Both the position numbers and the translations under genes were made by a program. A stretch of 64,000 bases of DNA. Source: an uncultured Bacteroides sp. Lineage in GTDB: Bacteria > Bacteroidota > Bacteroidia > Bacteroidales > Muribaculaceae. Location: the NCBI GenBank assembly GCA_964554335.1, contig CAZKOF010000003.1, positions 15,271-79,270 of the forward strand, in the 5' to 3' direction. The notes beneath the pieces were generated by a model. It saw only the letters and a list, made by a program, of their open reading frames with translations. It ran no database searches and was not told where the DNA came from. The stretch's first letter is position 1. Every line of letters begins with the position of its first letter. Below are positions 37,175-46,525 of the stretch, piece by piece.

Positions 37175-38055
37175 AAATAATCGAACTCAACCACAACGCC
37201 ATGTCGGCACAAATATCGACTCTCGGAGCGGAACTCATAAGTCTCAAAAAGAACGGCACGGAATATCTGTGGCAAGGCGATCCGGCATTCTGGCACGGTC
37301 AATCGCCGTTGCTTTTCCCGACCTGCGGCAACTGCTGGAACGGCAGCTATCGCGTCAATGGCCGGGAGTATAAGATAGGAAAACACGGTTTCGCCCGCCA
37401 TATGGAGTTTGACATCGTCAGCCAAACAGGCCATACCGTCACCCTCGCCATACATTCGGACGACGACACACTGACTGTGTTTCCGTTCAGGTTCTTCCTG
37501 TTCGTGACCTACCGCCTGGAAGTGTCAGGCATCGAGGTGGAATGGCTCGTACAGAACCAGGGCGACGACGAGATGTTTTTCGATATAGGCGCGCATCCCG
37601 CTTTCTTCCTTCCCGATTATGACCCCGCCGAGGAGGTGCACGGCTATTTCACCTTTAACACCGACAAACCGATAGACTACCTGATTCCTGCCGAACAAGG
37701 ATGCGTCGACGCCGAGCACCCCGTCAGACTTCAGCTCGATAACGAAGGAATGATGCCGATTACGGCAAAGACTTTCGACATTGACACCTATGTCATTGAA
37801 TCGGAGGCAATCAGCCGGTGCACTCTGCTCGATTCAGAACGCGCCCCATATCTGAGCGTTGAGTTCAATATGCCTGTTCTCTCGCTATGGGCGCCGACCA
37901 TTGCGCGTCCTGACTGCCCGTTTGTGGCCATAGAACCATGGCTTGGCAGTTGCGATTCAGTCGGGTATGGCGGTGACGTATCAGGCCGACGCCACATAAA
38001 CGGCATTGATAGCGGCCAACACCTGAGAACAAGCTACAAAATCTTCCTTTTTTAA
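37171..38055 (+). CDS. Aldose 1-epimerase family protein
   Basis: LFPTCGN, HGFAR, IGAHPAF and EPW motifs in the order typical of galactose mutarotase-like proteins. Confidence 0.7.
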   Translation: MKIIELNHNAMSAQISTLGAELISLKKNGTEYLWQGDPAFWHGQSPLLFPTCGNCWNGSYRVNGREYKIGKHGFARHMEFDIVSQTGHTVTLAIHSDDDTLTVFPFRFFLFVTYRLEVSGIEVEWLVQNQGDDEMFFDIGAHPAFFLPDYDPAEEVHGYFTFNTDKPIDYLIPAEQGCVDAEHPVRLQLDNEGMMPITAKTFDIDTYVIESEAISRCTLLDSERAPYLSVEFNMPVLSLWAPTIARPDCPFVAIEPWLGSCDSVGYGGDVSGRRHINGIDSGQHLRTSYKIFLF

Positions 38056-38066
38056 GAGAATTTTCG

Positions 38067-38074
38067 TAACTTTG
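38067..38074 (+). promoter_or_regulatory. -7 promoter box TAACTTTG for the EamA transporter gene
   Basis: Exact TAnnTTTG within TTCGTAACTTTGC, 17 nt upstream of the ATG at 38092. Confidence 0.55.
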
Positions 38075-38091
38075 CGTCACAAAAGTTAAAC

Positions 38092-39042
38092 ATGGCGCAA
38101 GTTGTCAACGATAACAAATTCAAACGACCATCCATGCTTTGGGTGCATGCCGCGGCAATCATTGCCGTGACCGCCTGGGGCATATCATTTGTTAATACCA
38201 AAGTTCTTCTTGACAACGATTTCTCTCCGGTAGAAGTCTACGTTTTCCGCTGCATTATTGCATACGCGCTTCTGATGGCTTTCAGCTGGCGCCGCATTTT
38301 CTCTATTACGCTGCAACATGAATTATTGTTCATGTTATGCGGAATCTGTGGTGGATCAGTATATTTTGTAACCGAAAATGCAGCGTTGCTATATACATCC
38401 GCAACCAACGTTTCGCTAATCACGTCAACCACACCGCTCATCAACGCTCTTCTCGTAGTCTTGCTTTATAAAGACGAGAAACCGACGCGCGGATTTATAA
38501 TCGGCTCATTGATAGCCATGGTCGGTGTAACGCTCGTGATTTTAGGCAGCAGCGGAGATCAGGAAGCCGAAACAGGCGCTCCCAACGGGCTGCTCGGCAA
38601 CGGTCTCAGCCTTATGGCAGCCGTTTGCTGGAGCATATATGCCCTGCTACTGCGTAAATTGCAGGCTTTCTACTCGGCCATCATGGTGACCCGCAAGACG
38701 TTCTTCTACGGATTTATTACCGCCCTACCCTTCCTGCTGCTTGAACCGTCGCATATTACAATGGAGACTTTCACCCGCACGGAGGTATGGGTCAACCTCC
38801 TGATTCTGGCGCTTTTCGCCTCATCGCTCGCGTTCGTCATATGGGCCTGGGTCATTGCACGCATAGGCGCCGTCAAGGCCGGCAATTATCTTTATTTTCA
38901 GCCTATAGTCACCCTTATTTTCGGCTACATCGTGCTCCATCAGGAAACGAGCATTGTCGGGCTGGCCGGATGTGTGCTGACAATCCTCGGCGTATATTGC
39001 GGCGAACGCCTCTCACAGGAGCGCAGGCGCCTCCATCACTAA
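38092..39042 (+). CDS. EamA/DMT family transporter
   Basis: About 10 TM helices in two EamA-like halves. 316 aa. Confidence 0.8.
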   Translation: MAQVVNDNKFKRPSMLWVHAAAIIAVTAWGISFVNTKVLLDNDFSPVEVYVFRCIIAYALLMAFSWRRIFSITLQHELLFMLCGICGGSVYFVTENAALLYTSATNVSLITSTTPLINALLVVLLYKDEKPTRGFIIGSLIAMVGVTLVILGSSGDQEAETGAPNGLLGNGLSLMAAVCWSIYALLLRKLQAFYSAIMVTRKTFFYGFITALPFLLLEPSHITMETFTRTEVWVNLLILALFASSLAFVIWAWVIARIGAVKAGNYLYFQPIVTLIFGYIVLHQETSIVGLAGCVLTILGVYCGERLSQERRRLHH

Positions 39043-39057
39043 TCAACAACTACTTAA

Positions 39058-40392
39058 ATGCAGTGGGACAAACTTATATCCGACAAGCGTTTCGGGCTCG
39101 AGAACTATCATAACAACCGCAGCGAAACGCGCAGCGACTTTCAACGCGACTATGACCGTCTGGTTTTCTCGTCGCCGTTCAGACGCCTGCAGAACAAGAC
39201 TCAGGTCTTCCCGCTTCCCGGGAGCATCTTCGTGCACAACCGTTTGACCCATAGCATTGAGGTCGCTTGCGTCGGTCGCTCCTTAGCCCGTGAGGTTGTC
39301 GGGGGATTGATGAAGAAATACATATCCGAGTCCCGGAGTTATAAACTCCTTGACATCCCCGATATAGTTGCTGCGGCTTGTCTTGCCCATGACCTCGGCA
39401 ATCCGCCGTTCGGCCATAGCGGCGAAAAAGCAATTTCAACATTCTTCTCCGAAGGCCCGGGCGCGGCGCTAAAACAACAACTTAGCGACGAACAATGGTC
39501 TGACCTCATCAACTTTGAGGGTAATGCAAATTCTTTCCGCCAATTGACCCATAGGTTCAACGGACGCCGTCCCGGAGGATTTGCCATGACCTATTCCATG
39601 CTCGCCTCCATTGTCAAGTATCCCTATGAGAGCCGAGCGGCGCTAAAGCCCAACAAGTTCGGTTTCTTCTGCACCGAGCGCGAGAGCTTCGAACGAATAG
39701 CAACGGAGCTTGAAATGCTGCGTAAACCTTCGTCAGAGAATTTTGCGGTCTACGCCCGCCATCCGCTGGTCTACCTTGTTGAGGCGGCCGACGATATCTG
39801 CTACGAAGTCATGGATTTGGAAGATGCTCATAAGCTGAAAATTTTGTCTCACAACGAGGTGATGGAGCTACTGCTCGGCTTTTTCAGAACGGAAGAACGC
39901 AGTCACAAGCTCGAGGTTATGGAGCGTATCGCCGACCCTAACGAAAAAGTAGGCTATCTGCGTTCATGCGTCATCGGAACCCTTATAGAGTGTTGTGCCG
40001 AGACGTTTCTTGCCAACGAAGATGCCATTCTCGACGGGACGTTCGAGGGAGCGCTTCTCGACCGCATACGACCTGAAGAACGTGAGGCTTATGAAGCGTG
40101 CAATCGCGTGTCGTGGGCAAAAATATACTCTGCTCCTGACGTTGTCGACATCGAGCTCGCCGGTAACCGCATCATCACGTTCCTCATGGAGAAACTGGTC
40201 CACGCCGTACGCTTTCCGGAACTTAACTATTCGCGCCTGCTTCTGAGCAAGGTGCCGGAACAGTATGACGTTCACTCAACAGACCTCTTCACGAAAGTTC
40301 AGGCCGCAGTTGACCATGTTGCATCTATGACAGATGTTTACGCACTGGACCTTTATCGCCGACTGAATGGCCAAACCCTTCCTGCAGTATGA
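39058..40392 (+). CDS. dgt: Deoxyguanosinetriphosphate triphosphohydrolase-like HD-domain protein
   Basis: RSDFQRDYDRLVFSSPFRRLQNKTQV, HNRLTHSIEV, AHDLGNPPFGH. 444 aa. Confidence 0.85.
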   Translation: MQWDKLISDKRFGLENYHNNRSETRSDFQRDYDRLVFSSPFRRLQNKTQVFPLPGSIFVHNRLTHSIEVACVGRSLAREVVGGLMKKYISESRSYKLLDIPDIVAAACLAHDLGNPPFGHSGEKAISTFFSEGPGAALKQQLSDEQWSDLINFEGNANSFRQLTHRFNGRRPGGFAMTYSMLASIVKYPYESRAALKPNKFGFFCTERESFERIATELEMLRKPSSENFAVYARHPLVYLVEAADDICYEVMDLEDAHKLKILSHNEVMELLLGFFRTEERSHKLEVMERIADPNEKVGYLRSCVIGTLIECCAETFLANEDAILDGTFEGALLDRIRPEEREAYEACNRVSWAKIYSAPDVVDIELAGNRIITFLMEKLVHAVRFPELNYSRLLLSKVPEQYDVHSTDLFTKVQAAVDHVASMTDVYALDLYRRLNGQTLPAV

Positions 40393-41639
40393 TAAAGAAA
40401 CGTTTACTCTCCATTCTCAGCACGCTGCTATACTTCGTCGCAGTGACGGCTGCCACTTACTCGGTCAAAGACATTCCGAATGTTCATCTTTCCGACAGCA
40501 CGCGTTTCGTAACCAATCCCGACGGCATTCTATCACCCGACGCCGAAGCTCAGGCCAATGCCATGCTTAAGCAACTTATGCAACAGACGTCGGCCGAGGT
40601 TGTATGCGTTGCTGTCGACGATATAGACAATGACATCGACGAGTTCGCAACCGAGCTTTTCCGCAGTTGGGGAGTCGGCAAAAAGGATAAGAACAACGGT
40701 TTGTTACTGTTGATTGCCAAAGACCGCCGTCAGGTAGTCATACGCACCGGCCTCGGAATCGAAGGTTTGATTCCCGACGGCCTTGCAGGCTCAATTATCC
40801 GCGCTAATATAACTCCGCGCTTCCGCCGGGGTGATTACGACGGAGGGACCCTCGGAGCCCTCGCCGACATCTCCGGCATCCTATCCACACCGGAAGCCCG
40901 CGAGGAGATTATGAGCAAATATGCCAACAATGACGGTGAGAACCGTTCGTCGGATATGGATATGTTCGGTCTGTACCTGTGGCTTTGCGGTGTTGTCACT
41001 CTGATATGTCTTGGCTTCGTTGTCGCCACAATGCTCACCTCATCGAAACTGACTCGCCATGACAAGTACCTGAAAGCGAACACTCTGTTCTCACCTCTGC
41101 TATTTGCATCATTTCTTGGACTCGGGATGCCGCTTATTGCGCTGATTCCGCTTGCAATATGGCGCCATCGTCTCCGTTACGGCAAACACCTGTGTCCCGA
41201 CTGCGGAACACGCATGACGCTTATCGACGAAGAACATGATAACGACTATCTCACACGTTCGCAAGACATTGAGGAGAAAGTCGGTGCGATTGACTATGAC
41301 GTTTGGCGCTGCCCTAAAGACGGAGAAACAGAGATTATCCCCTACATTCAAAAATCGTCGGCATTTACGGAATGTCCAGTATGTCACGCACGCACAATGC
41401 GCGTTGTAAGCGCACGCACAACCGTGCAGCCGACCGAATTCCGAACCGGAACGCGGGTAATCCAAAGCCGGTGTCTAAACTGCGGTTTCGATGACAACCA
41501 ATACATTACGCTTCCGAAAGTCATGCCGGTCATAATTATCGGCGGAGGTGGAGGCGGTCGCAGCGGTGGCGGAGGATTCGGAGGAGGCTCTTTCGGCGGA
41601 GGAACCACGGCCGGTGGCGGCGCATCCGGAGGATGGTGA
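40389..41639 (+). CDS. TPM (YgcG-like) domain membrane protein with Cys-rich zinc-ribbon region and Gly-rich tail
   Basis: Signal peptide, then TPM motifs (VCVAVDDI...ELFRSWGVGKKDKNNGLLLLIA). Two hydrophobic helices, CPDC / CPVC...CLNC, and a GGGGGGRSGGGGFGGGSFGGG tail. Confidence 0.75.
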   Translation: MIKKRLLSILSTLLYFVAVTAATYSVKDIPNVHLSDSTRFVTNPDGILSPDAEAQANAMLKQLMQQTSAEVVCVAVDDIDNDIDEFATELFRSWGVGKKDKNNGLLLLIAKDRRQVVIRTGLGIEGLIPDGLAGSIIRANITPRFRRGDYDGGTLGALADISGILSTPEAREEIMSKYANNDGENRSSDMDMFGLYLWLCGVVTLICLGFVVATMLTSSKLTRHDKYLKANTLFSPLLFASFLGLGMPLIALIPLAIWRHRLRYGKHLCPDCGTRMTLIDEEHDNDYLTRSQDIEEKVGAIDYDVWRCPKDGETEIIPYIQKSSAFTECPVCHARTMRVVSARTTVQPTEFRTGTRVIQSRCLNCGFDDNQYITLPKVMPVIIIGGGGGGRSGGGGFGGGSFGGGTTAGGGASGGW

Positions 41640-41640
41640 A

Positions 41641-42294
41641 ATGAAAAGAATTTGTTTCCCGCTGCTGATTATTATCGCGTTGGCTCTTGGCTCATGCTCT
41701 TCAAAGAGGGCAGTGACCTCCAAACCTAACGGCAATAATAACGAAACGGTTGTCCGCGTTGTCCCATCAACCGACAAGCAGGTTTCGGAACTCATCCGCC
41801 GGGCACGCACATGGATAGGAACGCCCTACGTCTACGGCGGCCATACCCGCAAAAAAGGGACTGATTGCTCAGGCATGATTATGGAATTGTTTCTTGGCGT
41901 CTACGATCTGAAGCTGCCGCGTTCGAGCGCAATGCAACATGAATACTCGCGCCCCGTTAAATTTGACCGCATGAAGCCCGGCGATCTCGTCTTTTTCACC
42001 ACCGGCAAAAACAGATCCCGCATCAACCATGTCGGCCTTTATATCGGCGACAACAGAATGATTCACGCGTCGAGTTCGCGAGGTGTTATAGAAACCGCTC
42101 TTAGCGATAAATATTGGCGCAACGCCTACCATAGCAGCGGATGCGTTATTGACACCGACCCCAAAAGCCAGAAAGGAGCCCCGGCGAAAGAGGTTATACC
42201 AAGTATATCCTTTGACCGCCTTCAGCAACTCTATGATGCTCTTGACGAACAAATTGACTCAATCTATGTCTCAGACCCGGCAATATTCGATTGA
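41641..42294 (+). CDS. NlpC/P60 family peptidoglycan hydrolase lipoprotein
   Basis: Lipobox ALGSC. WIGTPYVYGG...GTDCSGMI catalytic Cys and HVGLYIGDNRMIHAS catalytic His. Confidence 0.85.
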   Translation: MKRICFPLLIIIALALGSCSSKRAVTSKPNGNNNETVVRVVPSTDKQVSELIRRARTWIGTPYVYGGHTRKKGTDCSGMIMELFLGVYDLKLPRSSAMQHEYSRPVKFDRMKPGDLVFFTTGKNRSRINHVGLYIGDNRMIHASSSRGVIETALSDKYWRNAYHSSGCVIDTDPKSQKGAPAKEVIPSISFDRLQQLYDALDEQIDSIYVSDPAIFD

Positions 42295-44119
42295 ACTGCT
42301 GGCACCCGCCAGGAATGCCGACGTTGCCATAGCGGCGCTCCGTTGCGGCGCCGATGCCGTATATATCGGAGCGTCAAGCCACGGTGCCCGTGCCGCCGCA
42401 GCCAATTCCGTGGCTGATATCGCCTCGGTGTGTGAGTATGCACATCAGTACAATGCACGTGTCTACGTGACGCTCAATACTCTGATATATGAAAATGAGT
42501 TACGCGACATTGAACGACTGGTCGCTGAACTATATCGCGCAGAAGTTGATGCGCTGATAGTTCAGGACCTCGGAATCCTGCGTCTTGACATTCCGCCGAT
42601 TGCGCTCCACGCCTCTACGCAGTGCGATATACGCACGCCGCAAAAAGCGCGTTTCCTGCAGGAACTCGGTTTTTCGCAACTCGTATTGCCTCGTGAACTG
42701 TCGCTCGACGAAATACGTGAAATGCACCGGGTTGTCAATGTGCCGCTCGAGGCGTTTGTCCACGGTGCCCTATGCGTCAGCTACTCCGGAGACTGCAGGG
42801 CATCACTAATGTGTGGCGGTCGCTCGGCCAACCGTGGTGAATGCGCCCAGATATGCCGCCTGCCCTTCAACCTCACAGACTCAGACGGCAAGATCATCAT
42901 GCGGGACAAGCATCTGCTCTCGCTCCGTGACCTCAACCGACTTGACGACCTCGAACAACTGATTGGCGCAGGTATCTCCTCGCTGAAAATCGAAGGGCGG
43001 CTGAAGGATGAAAACTATGTCAAGAACGTTGTCAGCGCATATGACTGCGAATTACGCAGAATAGGCGTCAGCCGAACGTCTGACGGCCGGGTCGAACGCT
43101 CATTCACTCCCGACGTCAACCGTAGCTTTAACCGAGGCTTCACGCGCCACTTCCTCTTCGGAGGAATGCCGCCCAAGGGTTCGCTCGCCAACTTCTCATC
43201 CCCGAAGAGTCTCGGCCACCCGGTCGCAACCGTCTCGGCCGTAAAAGGAAAAACGATTTATCTCAAAAAGGTGTTTGAGCCGCTTGCCAACGGCGACGGG
43301 TTGAATTATACTGCCGGAGAAAAGACTGTGGGGTTCCGAATCAACCGATTTGAGCAACCGAACATAATTCACGTAAACGAGCCGCTTACAACCCTACATC
43401 CGGGGGCTACGTTACGCCGAAACTTCGACAAAGGTTTTGCCGACACTCTTTCCGTTGCCAAATATGCCGTCAGATATATTCCTCTTAGGATGACACTTCG
43501 AAGCCATAAGGCCAAAGTAATACTTGAAGCCGATAACCGCACGGCGGTTGTTGCCGAGTTGCCCGAGATTGCCGCGGCAAATTCGCCACAAGGCGATACG
43601 CACCGCAAAATCCTCGGCAAACTCGGCGACACCATATACCGGCTTGAAAACCTCGATGACCGTATAGCCGACAAATTCATTCCCGCATCCATACTCGCTG
43701 ACCTCCGCCGCAAACTCGTTGAGCAACTTGACTGCGGACGTGCCGCCCGCTTCAACCGTCCGCTCCGCTTGCGCGAGAATTTCGATGCCAAATGGCCTGA
43801 TGGTAATTCTTTGACCTTCCATGACAACGTTGCGAATACCCCGGCGCTCGCAGTATATCGCGACCACGGAGTCACAGGCAATGTTGAAGCGGCAATGGAG
43901 ATTGATAAACCGGGCATGGGAGCGACAACGGTGATGACGACCCGCTATTGCCTGCGCCGCGAACTCGGAGCATGCTTGAAAACCGAGGCCGGACGCACAT
44001 TGCCACGCAATCTGGAACTACGCGCAGAAAAAATTCCGGCTTTGACGCTCGATTTTGACTGCAACAACTGTCAGATGCACGTAAAAATTCGTAACTTTGC
44101 ACCCGATGGAATCAATTAA
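42266..44119 (+). CDS. U32 family protein, long form with C-terminal extension (RlhA/YdcP-like)
   Basis: ELLAPA..., U32 core with Cys motif CVSYSGDC-x15-CAQIC, EGR, and a roughly 300-aa C-terminal extension. First ATG after the NlpC gene overlap is at 42266. Confidence 0.85.
   Translation: MSQTRQYSIELLAPARNADVAIAALRCGADAVYIGASSHGARAAAANSVADIASVCEYAHQYNARVYVTLNTLIYENELRDIERLVAELYRAEVDALIVQDLGILRLDIPPIALHASTQCDIRTPQKARFLQELGFSQLVLPRELSLDEIREMHRVVNVPLEAFVHGALCVSYSGDCRASLMCGGRSANRGECAQICRLPFNLTDSDGKIIMRDKHLLSLRDLNRLDDLEQLIGAGISSLKIEGRLKDENYVKNVVSAYDCELRRIGVSRTSDGRVERSFTPDVNRSFNRGFTRHFLFGGMPPKGSLANFSSPKSLGHPVATVSAVKGKTIYLKKVFEPLANGDGLNYTAGEKTVGFRINRFEQPNIIHVNEPLTTLHPGATLRRNFDKGFADTLSVAKYAVRYIPLRMTLRSHKAKVILEADNRTAVVAELPEIAAANSPQGDTHRKILGKLGDTIYRLENLDDRIADKFIPASILADLRRKLVEQLDCGRAARFNRPLRLRENFDAKWPDGNSLTFHDNVANTPALAVYRDHGVTGNVEAAMEIDKPGMGATTVMTTRYCLRRELGACLKTEAGRTLPRNLELRAEKIPALTLDFDCNNCQMHVKIRNFAPDGIN
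44092..44099 (+). promoter_or_regulatory. -7 promoter box TAACTTTG for sdaA, embedded in the 3' end of the U32 gene
   Basis: Exact TAnnTTTG within TTCGTAACTTTGC. Only 6 nt separate it from the ATG at 44106. Confidence 0.45.
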
Positions 44120-45302
44120 GCAACTTTATAAGATTGGCTACGGGCCCAGCAGTTCACACACGATGGGTCCGCGCAATGCAGCAAAAAAATTCGGCAAATC
44201 GCACCCCGAAGCCGCCGGGTTCAAAGTGACCCTCTACGGCTCTCTCGCCGCCACAGGCAAAGGGCACCTGACCGATAAAGCTATCGAAAACGTTCTGACC
44301 CCGATTGCACCCGTAGAAATAGAGTGGCAGCCTGAGATCTTCCTCCCCTTTCATCCTAACGGAATGAAGTTCACGGCGTTAGATTCCAATGGGACGATAC
44401 TTGAAGAGATAACACAATACTCCATCGGCGGCGGCGACGTCCTGTCTGAAGGCGAATCCCGCCGCAGCGCAGAAGCCGTCTATGACATGACAACGATTTC
44501 CGACATACTGAAGTGGTGTGATACTACCGGCCATTCTTTTTGGGAGTATGTCGACCAATGTGAGGATTCCTCTATATGGGACTACCTCGCAAAGGTATGG
44601 GACACCATGAAAAATGCCGTGATGCGTGGCATAGAGAACGAAGGCGTACTGCCCGGCGGCCTCGGCGTTGCCCGAAAAGCAACGAGCTACTATATGCATG
44701 CCTCGGGCTATAATGCCTCACTGAAATCCCGTGGTCTGGTCTATGCTTATGCCCTCGGAGTCAGCGAGGAAAATGCTGCCGGCGGCAAGATTGTCACCGC
44801 ACCTACCTGCGGATCATGCGGCGTTCTTCCAGCCGTGCTCTACCATCTTCATACCTCTAAAGGCTTCAGCGAACAGCGAATTCTGCGAGCATTGGCAACG
44901 GCAGGACTATTCGGCAATGTCGTTAAACACAATGCCTCGGTTTCCGGCGCCGAAGTGGGATGCCAGGGCGAAGTCGGCGTTGCCTGCGCAATGGCGGCGG
45001 CAGCTGCCAGCCAACTCTTCGGAGGCACCCCGCGCCAGGTTGAATACTCCGCGGAAATGGGTCTTGAGCATCACCTCGGCCTGACATGCGACCCGGTTTG
45101 CGGCCTGGTGCAGATTCCCTGTATAGAACGTAATGCCTATGCTGCGGCCCGAGCGCTCGACGCCAACCTTTACTCGGCGTTTTCCGACGGTCGTCATTCC
45201 GTATCCTTTGACCGCATAGTCGAGGTAATGAAGCAGACCGGCCACGACCTGCCGTCAATCTATAAAGAAACCTCCAAAGGAGGACTTGCAACAATCAGAT
45301 AA
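44106..45302 (+). CDS. sdaA: L-serine ammonia-lyase (iron-sulfur dependent, single chain)
   Basis: YKIGYGPSSSHTMGP, TAPTCGSCGVLPA, CQGEVGVACAMAA. The ORF-track start at 44097 is TTG; the first ATG is at 44106. Confidence 0.9.
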   Translation: MESIKQLYKIGYGPSSSHTMGPRNAAKKFGKSHPEAAGFKVTLYGSLAATGKGHLTDKAIENVLTPIAPVEIEWQPEIFLPFHPNGMKFTALDSNGTILEEITQYSIGGGDVLSEGESRRSAEAVYDMTTISDILKWCDTTGHSFWEYVDQCEDSSIWDYLAKVWDTMKNAVMRGIENEGVLPGGLGVARKATSYYMHASGYNASLKSRGLVYAYALGVSEENAAGGKIVTAPTCGSCGVLPAVLYHLHTSKGFSEQRILRALATAGLFGNVVKHNASVSGAEVGCQGEVGVACAMAAAAASQLFGGTPRQVEYSAEMGLEHHLGLTCDPVCGLVQIPCIERNAYAAARALDANLYSAFSDGRHSVSFDRIVEVMKQTGHDLPSIYKETSKGGLATIR

Positions 45303-46524
45303 GCAAATCGGCAATAACGAAATTACTGCCTCCGATGAAAATTGACCCTCCGTCGGGGGTAATTTTTTTTGCACGCCTAAATGCCTCTTTCACGTCACTG
45401 ACAATCTCGCCGACAAGTCCCGCTGCACGCCTCTTCAGCTCCTCGGCAGCCATTCCGCGCGGACTCGAAGGCTTGCAGAATATATAATAGGCGTCGGCAG
45501 GCATCTTTTTCAAAATCAGATCAACATCCTTATCTGCGGCAAAACCGCATACTACGGTAAGCGGACGCGGCATTCTTTCAAGCTCGCGACCAAGATACTC
45601 CCAGGCGCCGGGGTTATGCCCCGTGTCATACACAACTCTGATCGGTTCGTTCTCGAGAACGGTCAGCCGCCCGCGCAATCCGGTCAGCGTCTCCACATGC
45701 TCAAACCCGGCGGCAATAGCATCGGACGTTACTTCCGGGAGGAATTGCAATGCGGTCAACACAGTAGAGGCATTCTGCGGCTGGAATGCGCCTCTAAGCG
45801 AGCAGTGAATACCGTAGTCGGGGAAACGCCATGTACCGTCAGGTTGTTCAATAGCTTTAATTTCCGGCGCGTATATGACGTTATCGCTCCGCAACTCAAA
45901 CTCAGCACGTACATCCGGTCGAGGCGCATATCCGACAACCACAGGCACTCCCGGCTTGATAATTCCCGCCTTCTCAGCAGCAATCTCGGCCTCTGTTGTT
46001 CCGAGTAAAGCGGTGTGGTCAAGCGAAATATTCGTGATAATGCTGACCATCGGAGCGATTATATTGGTCGAATCCAGACGGCCGCCCAGTCCGACCTCGA
46101 TAACAGCGAGATCTACACCGCGCTTGGCAAACCACTCAAATGCCATCGCAGTCGTCAGTTCAAAAAACGACGGATGAAGGGCAAGACCTGAGGAACGCCA
46201 ACGCTCCACAAAGTCAATGACCTCGGCTTCTGAGATCATTTCACCGTCAACTCGGATACGCTCCCGGAAGTCAACGAGATGAGGCGAGGTATATAGCCCC
46301 GTGCGCAGGCCGCCGGACTGCATTATCGCAGCAATCAAACTCGACGTGGAGCCCTTGCCATTGGTTCCGGCAACATGGACGCAACGGAGTTTTTTCTGGG
46401 GATTACCCAGCCACTCACAAAGACGGCTGATTGTTTCGAGTCCCGGTTTATATGCGGCAGTACCGTCACGTTCGTAGACTGTGGTCCGGTCGAATAACCA
46501 GTCGAGAGTCTCTTTATAAGTCAT
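45295..46524 (-). CDS. folC: Bifunctional folylpolyglutamate synthase / dihydrofolate synthase
   Basis: HVAGTNGKGST P-loop and the Mur ligase middle and C-terminal domains. 409 aa. Confidence 0.9.
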   Translation of the reverse strand: MTYKETLDWLFDRTTVYERDGTAAYKPGLETISRLCEWLGNPQKKLRCVHVAGTNGKGSTSSLIAAIMQSGGLRTGLYTSPHLVDFRERIRVDGEMISEAEVIDFVERWRSSGLALHPSFFELTTAMAFEWFAKRGVDLAVIEVGLGGRLDSTNIIAPMVSIITNISLDHTALLGTTEAEIAAEKAGIIKPGVPVVVGYAPRPDVRAEFELRSDNVIYAPEIKAIEQPDGTWRFPDYGIHCSLRGAFQPQNASTVLTALQFLPEVTSDAIAAGFEHVETLTGLRGRLTVLENEPIRVVYDTGHNPGAWEYLGRELERMPRPLTVVCGFAADKDVDLILKKMPADAYYIFCKPSSPRGMAAEELKRRAAGLVGEIVSDVKEAFRRAKKITPDGGSIFIGGSNFVIADLLI

Positions 46525-46525
46525 G

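Noticed and set aside
39058-40392. dGTPase homolog as a stand-alone anti-phage defence gene
   Set aside because: The context is core metabolism with no mobile-element or defence-island hallmarks, and the size and motifs fit the housekeeping Dgt-like family common in Bacteroidota. Defence remains possible, but nothing I can see in the sequence supports it.
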